From: Kudoa neothunni | Lineage: Eukaryota > Animalia > Cnidaria | DNA length: 64,000 nucleotides | Direction: 5' to 3' | NCBI GenBank assembly: GCA_964304625.1 | Contig: OZ199839.1 | Span: 9,965,201-10,029,200 of the forward strand | Shown here: piece after piece, positions 1 to 13,671 of the stretch | Numbering within the stretch: position 1 is the stretch's first letter | Layout of the letters: every line of letters starts with the position of its first letter | The notes under the pieces: generated by a model | Database searches by the model: none | What the model saw: only the letters and a program-made list of their open reading frames with translations | What the model was told of the DNA's origin: nothing | Program-made: the position numbers and the translations under genes

Positions 1-947
1 TCAACATCTCTACATGGGGCGTAACATTCTTGGTTTTCCTTGTTACCTCCACAATGTGAATAGTAAGATGTCGCCTTGTCGCAACTTTCGCATAAACCGC
101 CTATGCTGAAATGGCAAATATCTGCAGAGATAATATTGGTGAATGATATAATATATTTTTGCTTCTCTGGTGTATGGGTCAAATGAACAGTGTATTGTGG
201 TTGATACATCTGGATAGTTGATCGAATAAATTTGTTGGGCATGTAATAATAGTAACTAGGTTGATCTGTGCATTTCATTTCACTGTGGCTTAAGAGGTTA
301 TCAATGTTCATGATACCGTCGAATTCGCCCTCGTTCGAATGACTGGAACTTTTGCTACTCATTTGTGATACTAAGTCTTTAATATAAATTTCGCATTTTC
401 CGATTCGATAAGTTTTTATGATAATATATAAAGGACTTCCGCTGAGTCTGAGTACCATTTTAGGGTAAATCAAAGGCTCTAAATGACGTAGATATTAAAA
501 ATAAAACTAACAATGATATACGTGTTGGAAAACCAACTATATAGGTGTTATCAGTAGAGCGAACGGATACAATTTCACCTGCTGTAACAATAGCATATCT
601 TGAGTTGGCTGTGATAAATTCATACGCACTAATTCCAGTTTCACATGTAAAGTTGCAATATTTTGACATTTTTATATTGCCACTAGCAGAGCATGGATTT
701 AGGTTAGAAATGTTTTCATCATCGATAAATATAGAAGCCACACAACTTTTTTTTTCTCCAACCTCTGTTGAAGTTTTAATAAGGAACTTAGGTAACTCCA
801 ATCTGTTATCAATGTCGTAGGTGATCAATTTACTTTCTCTGTTCAAGCTGCATTGAATTATGTTGATTGTGATATCTGTAATAATGATTTATTCTTGTAT
901 AAGAATATAACTTTACATATAACAATACTAGTAATGCTATGAACCAT
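1..947 (-). CDS. Surface-protein paralogue A (5' part; runs off the window start)
   Basis: Exons 947-917, 875-522 and 478-<1 are joined by 41- and 43-nt GT-AG introns. They translate MVHSITSIVIYITINIIQCS|LNRESK...GFPTQPLIYPK...YYYYMPNKFIRST...PQY...SADICHFSIGG...CGGNKENQECYAPCRDV, with the same motifs as the other copies. The ORF track misses exon 3 because it is open to position 1. Confidence 0.85.
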
Positions 948-3706
948 GACGTCAAAATTAAAAATTTTTTATTGATGCTGGAAAAATTATGTTTTATTAC
1001 CTGTTCCACTTAAGAGACCAAATATTTCTAATAGGTAGATTTACAGAAAAAATATTGTTAATTATATATATATTTGTTATAATAAATAAGAATTTTATAT
1101 TTAATAATTTATAAAATTCCGTTTAACCAAATTTTAAAATTATTATGAATGTTTAATCAATATTTATATTTTTTTGTATTCTAATTAAAATTTTTATTTA
1201 TTATATCATTAATTACTCCATTTAAAGAGATTCGCATTAGTGTTTGTTTGGTGTGGCTATACGTAATTGACATAGTTAATGATTCGATTATATAAACACA
1301 CCCATATTGATTCCTAAAATAATTTTATAAATTACTACTTATTTCATTCAAAATTAATATTTTAAAATCATATACATACTTGGTTGACCAGATACATTAG
1401 TTATATCGAACAACTTTAATTTTATGAATTGATGTATATTTTTTAGTAATCCAATATAGAAATCCTCAGGATGGAGGATACATATACTTGATAAAATCTT
1501 AGGAGCAGAAAAACAATTTTATATAGTTTTCATTATCCTAGAACAGTTTAAATTATCACTATAATAATAAAGTTTTTAATGAGAAATCTACCTCTCTCTA
1601 ATATTTTAGTATATTTATGTTACTATGTAATAATGAAATAATTGATGTTCCGGGAACTCTTAATGGTTTATTTTAGTTATCTATTATGATTAAGAGTTAT
1701 CAAATGCATGTATTGGCTGTATATTTATTGTCGTAATAAAAATGAACGACGCATTGCATGCAGGGGAATTTTTTAAGACTTCTCTTAAATTTTTGATATA
1801 TAAGACAAACAAATCTCCCTTTCCTCGAATATTAAAAATAAATTAATCCTTTTTTTAAATTATTGAAATATTAGTGATTTTTAGTGAATAATAATAGAAT
1901 ATAATCCTTATAAGAATAGGAAATTAGAAAGTTTAAAAAAAAACTTTCTGAAAAGCATATTAGAGTTTAATCGGCTTAAAGTATTACATATTATTCTACT
2001 ATCAACACTGATTACTTTTACGATGCTTGTTTTCTACATAATCATTCTCCTATCTAGGGATTAAGACGGTTCGGTTTCGGTCTTGTAAATAATTTTTTCA
2101 TTTATCATTGTAAATTTTTTTGCAAACAAACCAAAATTTTTAAAATGCGAAATAAGGAAAGGTTTCATCCAAAAAAAATTATATATTGCATTATTTATTA
2201 AAAAAATAATTATATAAGTGATAACTTTAAAATATTTAACTGAATAAAATATAATTGTTAAATAAATATACAGTCAAAATAAATCGTTGTTCATCCTAGT
2301 GTACATTGAGTATGAAAGAGTTAAATGATTTGAATTAAAATAAACCTCTCATATATTTTTTATCAAAAGTTTGAAAAAAATTAATGTTACCTTTAGTTTA
2401 CGATGAATGAATTGGACAAGTCTATAAAAATTAATTTTATGTAATACATCATCTAATATTTTAGAATTTTTTTATCGCAGAATATAAAATATTAACTTTT
2501 CTTAAATATTCTAGAGACGGTTGAACTAAGACGACAACAACAATATTTGCGATTAAATTTAACAAAGGAATGTTTATATAGTATTTCAGTTTTATTATTA
2601 TAATTGAATATTGACGTATGTATTTGATCTGTGAATTCTTTTTTAATAATTATAAACAAAGATTTTATATAAATATATATATATAGTTATCATAATATTT
2701 GGTAATTTATTTTTTCAATGAATTCCTTAATAATGGAAGTTTTATAAATTTTAACGAATTAGAATGAATTGAAAAAATATTTGTCATAATCCGAAATCGG
2801 TTCCTCCTAATAACAGAAAGGGAAATCGTCGGGCGCCGCACTTATGATAACACATTATAGTCACTGCTACTACCATTACTAACTACCTATCAAGCTATCT
2901 ATTTCAGAATTACGTATCACTGATTTCTTTTCTTGCGAGATACAAAACAATGCTCTTTTAAAATAATAAAAATCGAAAAAAATACAAGTATTGGCGTTGG
3001 TAAAAAAATGGTAATAAATTATGCCTTTATATTATTTTTATAGTAAAAAAGGAAAATTAACACATTTTAACAATTCGATTTAAATTAAAACTAAAAAAAT
3101 AATAATCATTTTAATAAACATTGAATTATTAAAATTTTATAAATAAATTTTATAACAATAGATATTATAAGGAATCGTATTATATTTTGTACGGAAAATA
3201 CGTTTGTTGCGCGTATAACTAAATAAATAATTTTTTAAACTCATTAAAAATGATTAACAAACGTTGATAATTTATGTATCAAAATATATACTCAAATTTG
3301 ATATCAATATTTTAAATATTTAATGTAATTTTTAAATGACCGGGTTTTTATGTAAGGTTATAGGAGAAATTATTATGGACGTAGCATTAATGGAAGGTTC
3401 ATTTTGTCCTTTTTGTATAATATAATAATCACTTTTAATTATAAAGCCACTTTTAACTCTCAAATTATAAAAAAATTATGAACTTATTAAATTAGCCCCA
3501 TAAATTTTGAATTAATTCGTTATAATTAGTAATTCAGAACATTTATGTATTTTTTATACATATTAGGCAACTAAATCTAATAATTACCAAAATAACAGTT
3601 TTTTATATTTAATGTAAATGAATAAATATATTTTTTATATGAACGGAAACAACGAAAATTAACTAGATATAAATAAAGAGAATTATTCCGACGTTTATAC
3701 GTCCCT

Positions 3707-6566
3707 TTATCCTCTACGTCTCCAACACCAGATTCCAACAACGCAAATAAGTATGAGTGTTGCAATGACAATGACGATTAGAATTATTATTCTAAATAGA
3801 GATTAAATATTAAATTTGGAGGATATGATACTTAGTATTCATTCTAGGCCAACAAAATAACTTTAATTTTAGTAATATATATTAAATTTACGAATTTTGT
3901 CCTCCGGATTCAACTTGATTTTTCTTAGTAACAGTTTCTTCAGTTTCTAATTTATAAATAACAACAAATTACGCAGAACGATATAGATTAACGTTTTTCA
4001 ATTATAACAGTTTGTTTTAGGCCTGAATATATTGTGGTGTAAATGGTCAAATTGTAGGTATGCATGTCATTTATGTTGGTAATGGTAAATTCCTCACAAA
4101 TTGGAGCACCATTCGGACAATCTAATTGATTTATTTCTGAACATTGTTTTATCACTGTTAGGTTAGAGGCTTTTTTGAGCGACAAAATCCAATAACATTG
4201 AGCATCTTGTCCCTGGAGGGGTTTTGGAATCACGGTATTAACATTTAGGTGGTTCTTACCACGATTGATTGTTACAATGAAGGTAGTATCTATATTTATA
4301 TATGATATATAAGTAAATGATTTATTTAATTTATTAACAATAAAATAAAAGTTTAGAAAAAATATCATTTTATATAAACAGATGTTCAAGTTACCTTTAC
4401 GAATCATGATACATTTAGTCCTGGATAGTTCAAGAAATGGCCTCACACACACAAGATAATTGTGAGTGTAATAATAGTGGTCTATAAAATCAATTTGTCT
4501 ACAACTAGGTGGTGTCGAACACGAATTTCGAATTTCGGTTTCATCCACATCGAATTTGTAAGCCCTTTTATATAATGGCTTAAGAATTTTTTCATCATTG
4601 AGGCAAGCATAAGCTAGTTTGAATCCTTGTTGATGCTCAATAAAAACATTGAAATGACATTTATAATTGGATGCTTCGATTTTATTGAATTTCCCTTGGA
4701 TTGAAACAGTATTTTGAGCGTGACTGTAATTAAGATGTAGGGAGCCATCAACTACACAATGAGAATAACTAATCATGATGTAGACGTGCATATTTAAATA
4801 CTTGGAATAATGGCTTCCCTAAAATAGTTATCGTGAACTTTTATTTTAATTTTATAGTCAGCGGTTGGTATAATACCAGTTATAGTATATGTATTATGAC
4901 ACAAACCCCAACAAGCATTTAGATTTTCACAAGTGGCTTCGTAAAATAGGTCGTTATCCATGAGACTAATATAAATAGCACACGTATATTTGAGTGGGTT
5001 GCGACCTCTAAATTCCATAAAATTTCCTTTAATCTTTATTGTACGTTCATTGTCAGTTGGCAATACAGAAAAATTTTCAACACAACTACGTCCTTCTAAA
5101 ATAAAGATTAAAAATTAAAACTGGAAGTTTTAAAACCTTTGGTAAGAAAAACTTTTTCAACATGCCGAACCGCGTTGTTATACATTAACTCTATTAGTAT
5201 ATAATACGATATGGCAGAATCTAGAATAATATATTCTGTCCGATTGCAGATATTTTCACAGTCATAATTCTGATAACAGGAAATTCTATCCCATGCTTCT
5301 ATTTTTAAGGAATCTCCTCGATACATCATTGTATTGCAACTATCATACTCGTAACCGATAAAATCCTTCTGATGATTGAATAATTGTTTATCTAAAACAA
5401 CACTGCGATATGTAATAACAGAGACTAGTCCATTTTGTAAATTTTCAGTTTCATTCCAAACTATTTCAAATATAATTCCATTTGGTATTGTTTATAATAT
5501 AAATAATACCAAATTTTTTATCAATAAATCCCGAATTTATATCATTTAGATCATGGAATCTGGTTCTTATATTCACTTTAACAAATGGATAAAACTCAAA
5601 ATAAAGTTCGATATCTCTGCAAGGAGCATAGCACTGGTTTCCTGATTGATTTATACTGCAATTTGAAACATACGTTGTTGTCTGTTCACCAGTTACAGAT
5701 ATTCCCCCAATACTGAATTGACAGATCTCAGCTGAGAACAAATTTGAAAACGCGAGGAAGTATTTATTATTTCCAGCTGAAGATTTGAATGTCACATTGT
5801 ATTGGGGTTTAAACATTTCTATGTTTGACCTTATATATTTGTTGGGCATAAAGTAATAGTAATAAGGCAGGTTCGCACAACTCACTTGGATAAATGGAAT
5901 CAACTTATCAGTTGGAATAAAGGCTATATATTTTCCTCTTCTAATGTCGTTGAATGAAGAAGCCTCAATGTCATGAAAGTTGTTATTATAATATAATTCA
6001 CAACTTCCATATGTGTAAGATATGACTGTAAGGTAAATAAACCTTACTTTTGTCTGTAAAGATATTTCTGGAGTGACCAAATTTACTATATTTATAAAAT
6101 TTAATTAAAAAATTTATTTAATATAAATTACTAGTTTGAACGCCGATTATATTTTTATTTGTTTCAGATATTTGAGAAACTTCTCTTTCAATATTAACTA
6201 ATGCATATATGACATTTTTCGATCGAAAATTATATTCGAATGTGTTTTGTTCGCCACAACGAAGATTGCAATACATATTTCTCTTTGCAGCGCGACGAAA
6301 AGGACAAATTACGTTGTTTTCAATGATTCTTTCAGAAAATAGTATATAATATCTACATTTCAATGTGGCTGCGTTTGGGATTGTATTGAACAATTTCAAT
6401 GTCATCTTATTCCACTGAAGTGAAACCTCGTAGTTGAATTGTGTAGACTGTGAATTGTTGCTATTCATAATGAATAGGTTAAGCAGAAAAACTATATACG
6501 AAAGAATTAGATTTAAAATTACTACAAGTTAATACATAATATAGTCCAAAATATTAGATTATTCAT
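3707..6566 (-). CDS. Surface-protein paralogue B, 10 exons, 796 aa predicted type I membrane protein
   Basis: Exons 6566-6536, 6491-6132, 6085-5510, 5460-5137, 5095-4802, 4751-4395, 4289-3993, 3946-3892, 3843-3832 and 3791-3707 total 2391 nt, are all GT-AG bounded and stay in frame. Signal-like N-terminus MNNLIFWTILFFLLNLFIMNS. C-terminus IIILIVIVIATLILICVVGIWCW-RRRG*. Confidence 0.88.
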
Positions 6567-6838
6567 TATATCGTGTGAATCTATATTTATTCGCCAGTTA
6601 TGCCTTGATAATATTAGAAGAAATATGTAGTGTCTGCCTAGCTCAAGTAATTTATTAAAGTAGATTAATTTAATCCCTTCTAATGATAAATCGTAAAAAT
6701 TATTTAAAAAAACGATTATTTATTTTCTTTTCCCTTTCATATTACAATTAGTCATTCATATATGTATGTATATATATCGTGAGGCGACAACTCTCCGAAC
6801 GCTCACAAAAAAACACATTTTGGTAACATAATTAAATA

Positions 6839-8070
6839 TTAATGAGAGAAATTTTTTGTTAAATTAATCACGTTTCCAATTATATACTTTAGATACTGAC
6901 TCAACAAAGAATGTTTCACAGTATCCCTCAAATTTTCTAATATTGACTTAATTTGTTCCATTTTGAGTTTGTATTTTGAATTTTTGCTTTCGTTTGGATT
7001 ACACATGATGAAGTTGATATCTTGCTCTACCAAGCTCTGAGTTTCTTTTAATTTTTCAATAAAAGTATTTAACCCAGAGTGGTATTGATCGAACCTGGAG
7101 TTGAAATGTAGATGAAACAATTCTGCAGCATTCGTAGTTAAGCCCACGTTGAATCTTACTCTAGAAACGCATTCCATGATGACGCCAAATATTTTCTGGA
7201 TTTTAAAAATTTTTTTTCAAAATACTTGATAAATTCATCGATTTTATTTTCTTTAAAATTTGACGACTCTTTTTTCCAATTTTTCTAACTCTTCTTCAGT
7301 ATGGCCTAGGGGTACGAATGCAAGAGAGTAGAAGCATTTGAGAAATAATCTGAGATTTTGATCATCATAATAATCTTTAGCCAATCTCAGCTTATTAATT
7401 TTTCCTCTAAAATTTTAAGTAATTTTTCGCAGTCTTCCTGATTTTTTCGCGCCATTAAAACATAAATCAATGGAAACGTTTTTTCAAATATCTTTCCATG
7501 TATAATATATAGCTGCTGAAATTCCCTGGGAACTACTTTGAAAGTCCCATCTACAATCCAAACTGAAGAATTTTTCAAATGGCATATGTTGGTATTCGTT
7601 GTAAAGACAATTATTTTTGATTTTGAATCTGAGCCAGAATCAAGATGACAAAATATTTCTCCTCTGTTTGTATTTATTGATTTTTCAAGATTTTCACGGG
7701 TATCAATTATTATGTTATTTCTTTTTCTCCGCGTCTGAATATTTGTATACACTGTACTTTTTGAAATAATGGTTGGATACTGAGTTGTCTACGCCAATAA
7801 TTTAATTTTGTTCATAAATTTAACTTTTCTTATTTCCTCCTCTGAAACAATATGGTTGTGGGAACATTTGATTTCAATGCTTGTGATTTGATCCAAGTGG
7901 AATGTAATAAGTCTGCCCTTACATTTTCTGGTCTCGCATCTCCAATACTGTCGATAACTATTAATCCTATCTTTAACATAGAAGAAGAATTTGTACAGCA
8001 TTTTATCTTTATTATGTTGGGTTTTAAACATAGTATATTTTAAATTTAAATAATCGCCTTCATTTATTGT
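6839..8070 (-). mobile_element. MULE (Mutator-like) transposase pseudogene with FLYWCH-type zinc finger
   Basis: YWRCETRKCKGRL...CSHNH (FLYWCH-like) is followed by an in-frame stop at 7789-7791, then WIVDGTFKVVPREFQQLYIIHG...FPLIYVLM (first catalytic D of MULE). An apparent internal deletion/frameshift lies near 7390, then TTNAAELFH. Termini not resolved. Confidence 0.85.
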
Positions 8071-8767
8071 AAAATTTCACATGCGCATACTTCTTTAGGC
8101 GAGTGCTCGCCCTACCTCTTTAGGTATCATTTTTTATTATTAATGGAAGCAAGAACGCTCACATAAAATGAATTTCATAACAATAGCCGATATGACGAAA
8201 ACTCGCCCATAGCAAACTTGCTTATGTGCTCGTGCATGTTTCGATCAATTTCTCTGCGCTTTCGTTTGTTCTTAACTTTGTTTAGCTAGTATTCCCACGG
8301 ATGAACCCTTAAAGAAAAAAACAGATTTATTATACTAAAAAATTTAGGGGAAAAGATAAAATTTGTTACAGAGGTTTGTTTATGTCAAGAATTTGGAGAA
8401 AATAAATATTCAGTATTGGAAACGTGAAGTAAGAAACTGTAAGGAAGATTGTCTACTTGTCCTCTTGATAACATTCAAAATATTCAGGAAAGAGGTTTCC
8501 ATAGTCACGTTTTTCCTGATGAAAAAGTTAAAAACAGGTCTTGGATAATGACATAAAGTGTCCTTTTGAAAATAATCTCTACCCAACAAGTAAAGTTTAT
8601 TCATTATCGATAAAGAAGCAGAAGATCAACGAGTTTCCTATCGTTAACGAGAAGAATATTTTTAAGAATATTCAAAACGTTAGAAAAAGAAAGAATATTC
8701 TTGTTGATTTGGAATGAATCTATGTGATCAAAATATCTTAACCCATAGACAAGATAAATTTTGTTTA

Positions 8768-10706
8768 TAATGTTTCTCAATTGAACTCGGCACCATTTTT
8801 GTTCCAACAATAATTCATATTTAAACGTTTAAATCACTTAAACGTAACTTTAAATTTAATTTTTATCACGAATAATTAAAAAAATATATATACATATATC
8901 TCGTAACTTAAAATTATGATGACACTTCTATGCTGTACATACTCGAAATATTGTGCTATAAAAATAATGTTTTACAACTAAAAATAATTAATTTTCTTTC
9001 AAATATATTTTTAAATATTATTATATTATTAGAGCGTATATCCATATTAAGTTTGGTATTAAATAGTGTTACTAAATTTCTGGCATAAATAAAAAAAAGA
9101 AACAACAAAAATTTAAATCCGGCATTTATATATTTTTTATTCTAAGATAATTTCTCCACGAGATGACCTGGTAATGTATCCCAACATTTTGCGGTAGAAT
9201 CCATCTCATTGTTGTTGAATAATTTCTTTAAAGCAATCTTTAATGCCCACTCTTAATTCATTTTCATTTTTAGATTGCCTACGGATGCCCAGGTTCTTCC
9301 ATACAGAGAAGACATTTTCTATGGGGTTAAGAAAAGGGCTATAAGGTGGTAAATACCTTATTGGGATATTTTCTCTAGGTACCAAATCTTTTAATCCCGT
9401 GTAATGATGAATTTTGGCATTATCCTTTGCGAAAATCGGTTGATGCACACCTTTCGTTATACAGGAATTCTTAAAGTCTTCCCCTGTAACCGCCTTGTCG
9501 TGTATTTTGCTGTAAATTATTCCATTTTTATTTACATCTGCGATTACAGAAATATTCCTGCTTCTAACGGCCGAAACGAAGCAATTGGCTGACGTTCCTC
9601 TTAACGATCTACCTCTTTTAGGTCGCGTCACAACAGAGGACCCTACTTCATCAAGGAAAACAATACTCTCATGAGTCACCGTCGGTTCCAGTTCCCTGAA
9701 CATTTCTACGTATATCTTTCTTTTTTGAATGGTGGTTTCACAGTTTCTTCTCTCTGACACTCTCACTAAGTTTTTTAGGGTATAGAGAAATTGTCCAATC
9801 ACACTGTCGATTGTATTGAGCGACACGACAATTCCGAAATCCTCATGAACTTTATTTTTTATTTGTTTTAAGGAGATCAGGGAATTTTCGTCTGCCCAGC
9901 TAATAATTTTTTCTTTCTGTTCAGGAGAAAGAACAGGTCGTCTATTTCCGCCTCTAGGTTTCGGTTCAAGAGTTCTACTCATCCTGAATTTGGATAAAAT
10001 AAACCATACTGTACACCGAGTCAGACGCATCTCGGATGCAATATAGGTATCACGCCTCCCCTTTTCAAAAAAGTTGAACAATTGCTCTATCAGTTCAGAT
10101 GATATTGTTTTCCGTTCAACTTGTTTCTTAGGCTCCGAAGTAATTAGAACTTCATTATCATCGGAAATAGAACCATCCGATTTAATACAATTGTTATTTA
10201 TCTCTTCTGGATTCATTGCATTATGGAATTTCTTTGCGACAACACAATTATAATAACCAATGAGATTGGTCAGAAAACGTCACACGTGGTTGACAGAATT
10301 AGAAAATTCTGATGATAAGACTATTATCTGAGATACGAAAGAAACATATTCAGTTTACCGTGTTTTTAATGCGTTGCCTCGATCTTTGACCATGTTTTTT
10401 ATACAGGTCTTTTGTTCCTGAGTCTAAGGTTGATAATATATTGGTTCTTTCTATGATATAATTTTTTTAAAAATAAGTTTTAAAAAAGAATATTGTATGG
10501 TACCTATTAAAGGATACATAAAAATTTGTTGGGGAAATCGAATTGAGTTTGTTTTTAACGTGTAATATATTACGTGTTTTCCATTGGTATTTATTTATTT
10601 TTTTTTACGGGAATAACTAATAAACGTATACATAAAATATCATTAATGTTTAAATATGAATTGTTGTTGGAATCAAAATGGTGCTAAGTTCAATTGAGAA
10701 ACCCTA
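8768..10706 (-). mobile_element. IS630/Tc1/mariner-superfamily DNA transposon with ~55-bp TIRs and TA target-site duplication
   Basis: Left TA|TAATGTTTCTCAATTGAACTCGGCACCATTTTTGTTCCAACAATAATTCATATTTAAAC matches the reverse complement of the right end ...GTTTAAATATGAATTGTTGTTGGAATCAAAATGGTGCTAAGTTCAATTGAGAAACCCTA|TA. TA flanks lie at 8766-67 and 10707-08. Confidence 0.92.
9206..10216 (-). CDS. IS630/Tc1-type DD34E transposase, near-intact
   Basis: 336-aa ORF with an HTH region and GGNRRP linker. Catalytic motifs FLDEVG, DNAKIHH and LPPYSPFLNPIE have 34 residues between the second D and the E. Transposase-like sequence (DGFYRKMLGYITRSSRGEIILE*) continues in frame after the TGA at 9206-9208, so this stop is probably premature. 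Confidence 0.88.
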   Translation of the reverse strand: MNPEEINNNCIKSDGSISDDNEVLITSEPKKQVERKTISSELIEQLFNFFEKGRRDTYIASEMRLTRCTVWFILSKFRMSRTLEPKPRGGNRRPVLSPEQKEKIISWADENSLISLKQIKNKVHEDFGIVVSLNTIDSVIGQFLYTLKNLVRVSERRNCETTIQKRKIYVEMFRELEPTVTHESIVFLDEVGSSVVTRPKRGRSLRGTSANCFVSAVRSRNISVIADVNKNGIIYSKIHDKAVTGEDFKNSCITKGVHQPIFAKDNAKIHHYTGLKDLVPRENIPIRYLPPYSPFLNPIENVFSVWKNLGIRRQSKNENELRVGIKDCFKEIIQQQ

Positions 10707-13671
10707 TATTTGATTCGGATTCTCTTTCTGATAACAGAATGGTTATTTTCGTTACAAATACTAATATTGTCTATTCGAAAAATTGCGATACATGGATCCG
10801 TGATGGCACATTCAAAGTAGCTCCAAAAGAATCTGAACAGCTGTATATAATTCACGGAAAAGTGCTCGGCAGAATTTTCCTACTTGTTTATGTTCTAATG
10901 AGTGGCAAATCGCAAAAATGTTGTTAACTCGTTTTTAATACCTTAAATGAAAAAACAGACATCAGATTTCCGAAATATATTAAAATAGACTTTGAAAAAT
11001 CCTCCATAAATGTCTTTAAAAAATCATCAAGTACTTCTTATATATACTTTTGCCATTTTCATATTGGACAGTGTATATGACTAAAAATCGGAAAACTCGG
11101 GTTGGCTTCAAAATATCAAGATAACCTTGATTTTTGTCTTTATAATAAATGTTTTACTTGGTTATCATTTATGCCGCCTGATAAAGCGGCAAACGAATTT
11201 GAAGTGCTTAAAACTAATTCTTATTCGAATGATTCTTCCGTGAAACAGTTCATAGAGTATTCCGACAAAAATTTCATTAAAAACTTCAAGTAAGAGCGCA
11301 TTCAATGGAACGCCTATGAACGAATAATGGATGAAATTGACCTATCTTCTAATGCGACCGAAATATTTCACCGTAACTTTTATCCTCGATCCGAGCAATC
11401 TCACATTCTGCAGCGGTAACCTTTGTTGAAAAACTGTTATAAACTCATAGTCTTGTGGAGACAGATATAAGTTTTTTATTATGCAATCCAAACTCAAATA
11501 AAAATCCAAAATACAAGGATAAATTAAGAAAACTTAAAGACGTTTGCTCCAATTACGGTCGATACTACGGAGCAATGTACTACAATAGGTGACTGCTCGT
11601 GGGCACCTGCCATGATTTAATGACTTACACAATTCTGTTACTGATTAAAGTAAATCAAGTGAAAGAATAACAATTATAAGAAATTATTAAAACCTTAGTT
11701 TTTGTTTTAATTAGCAGCGAATAAGAATTAGCTCGAATTTACGACTCGTGGGCACATGGAGAGAACCAAGCAGTTTATTTCTTGGAAAGACAAAGTGGAT
11801 ATAATGCCATATTATGAAAGAATATCGAATGGGAATAACAGAAAAACTAAAAATCCTCAATAACTCTAATTTAAAATCTCTGTCCTCTTTAAATTAAATT
11901 TGGGATAATAAAGAATTCATAATGAAGGCTCATAATAAAATGAGAATTACAAAAAACCGCCCAAAATTAAAAGAATTATGATTTCTATGAATAATGCTCT
12001 AATGTATTTAAGTAAAATGTATAAAATTTTCAGAAAAACAAATTATCAAACGTTACCATGTTATCTACGGTCATAGATCTAGAAACGACTATTGACTATT
12101 CATGGTATAAAAGAGTCCAACTTATACCAGTAAATATTAATAACTTTTTCAAACTAAAAATCAACTATTAAATATGATAAAAGTTTTTAGTTATATTTTA
12201 TTAAGTATATTATTGAATTTTATGCAATTTATGCGTATCTTTATACATTAAATTTGTCTTAGTTACTAACTCTTATTGTTACTTCTCTTGAGTACAGAAA
12301 ACAATTTTTTGCTACGCAACACTTTTTAAGATATAATAATTTATTAAGAAAGTTTTCTGAATGTTTTTATTTAAAATCAGCTAAAATTTATGATGAAAAT
12401 AAAAAAATAATGTTTATTGTTTTAATTTTAATAAAATTGCATGAGTCAATTGTATTTAATATTTTTTTAATTTTTGTTTCCAGAAATCATTAGCGTTATC
12501 ATCACGGTGTGTAAATAGTTTGTTCCTACAAATTAAATCAAGGGTCGACTAGATTAAGATTAATCGCACTTAACCTTTACATCATTATTATAAAAAAATT
12601 TGTTTTTATTAATATACTTTTGGGTATAAATGCACATATAGTGATAAATAAGAGAGATTAAATTGCAAAGGCCCACATTTAAATTTTACCTTGTTCGAAT
12701 GCGCCATGACGGCTCGAGGACTCCTTGGACCCAATTCCAATTTTAATGCCTACGAACCGCCACACACTCTATTTAGAAACAATCTCCAAAATATTTAATT
12801 GGAAAATTTGATAGGCAGATATATAAATAGATATAATGAATTTATTATATTTATTGATCTTTAAAATAGTTTTAAAGTATCAAACTATTTACGCGCGCGC
12901 ACACAAATTATGAGTAAGTTTTCGCAATACGAATAGCGAAATTATTATAAGGCATATTAACGAAGAGAATCATGACAAACAAAAATTTTAACCCGTCTTT
13001 AATATTTATTCCAAGAAAATGGGTTGAAAACCAACGTTGTGTACGCAATTTGCCAAAAATTTTGGTGTTAGAACTACCTAGAAAATGTTTGTGAGTCTTA
13101 TTTGCAATAAAAGTGGGTTTTTGTGGCACGAAAATAAGCTAAGGAATTACGTAGATTAATATTTGAATTTTAAAAGTTTTAATTAGAACAACACACAGCC
13201 AATCGAATCTGGATTAAAAACTAATACGACGGTTGTTGACGAAAGTGATATTCGTAGGATTATCCGGATTATTGTCGGATTTATTAGAGCTATAACTAGT
13301 TATTCTTTTTTTGCATCCACCGAAATCTTCAATATTTCATATTACGGAATTTTTTTACAACCAGCGATAAAATAAAAATCTGGGTTTGTTTTTTCCTCAG
13401 AGTATATCGGAGTAGTCGGAGTGCAGTCTATTTTTTGCGGTCCATTAATCCAGAGGGTTAATAACGACGGAAACAGTTCTTGCAGGGCAATCACCTATAT
13501 TTAACACATTTCATAGATATAATGAGAATTATTATTAACTCTTCGAAAATAACGGAAGATTCACATTCCATAAACATCATTAATATTATTTGTACATAAA
13601 AATAAAACCTAACCTTGTGAATTTTACTGGAATTAAAAATCACCCTAACCTGAGTAGTTGAAAAATTTACA

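Larger units (their letters stand above)
8300..11590 (+). mobile_element. Second degenerate MULE transposase, split by an IS630/Tc1 insertion
   Basis: FLYWCH remnant (YWKREVRNCK...) at 8.4 kb. After the insertion: TWIRDGTFKVAPKESEQLYIIHG, IDFEKSSIN, FCHFHIGQ and SNATEIFH. Many stops and frameshifts. Boundaries approximate. Confidence 0.8.

Noticed and set aside
3988-4791. 267-aa ORF (and 331-aa ORF 50398-51393) read as single-exon genes, including a hydrophobic stretch MIFFLNFYFIV that looks like a TM
   Set aside because: Both read through in-frame, stop-free AT-rich introns (4394-4290 in B) that are interrupted by stops in other paralogues. The hydrophobicity reflects intron base composition.
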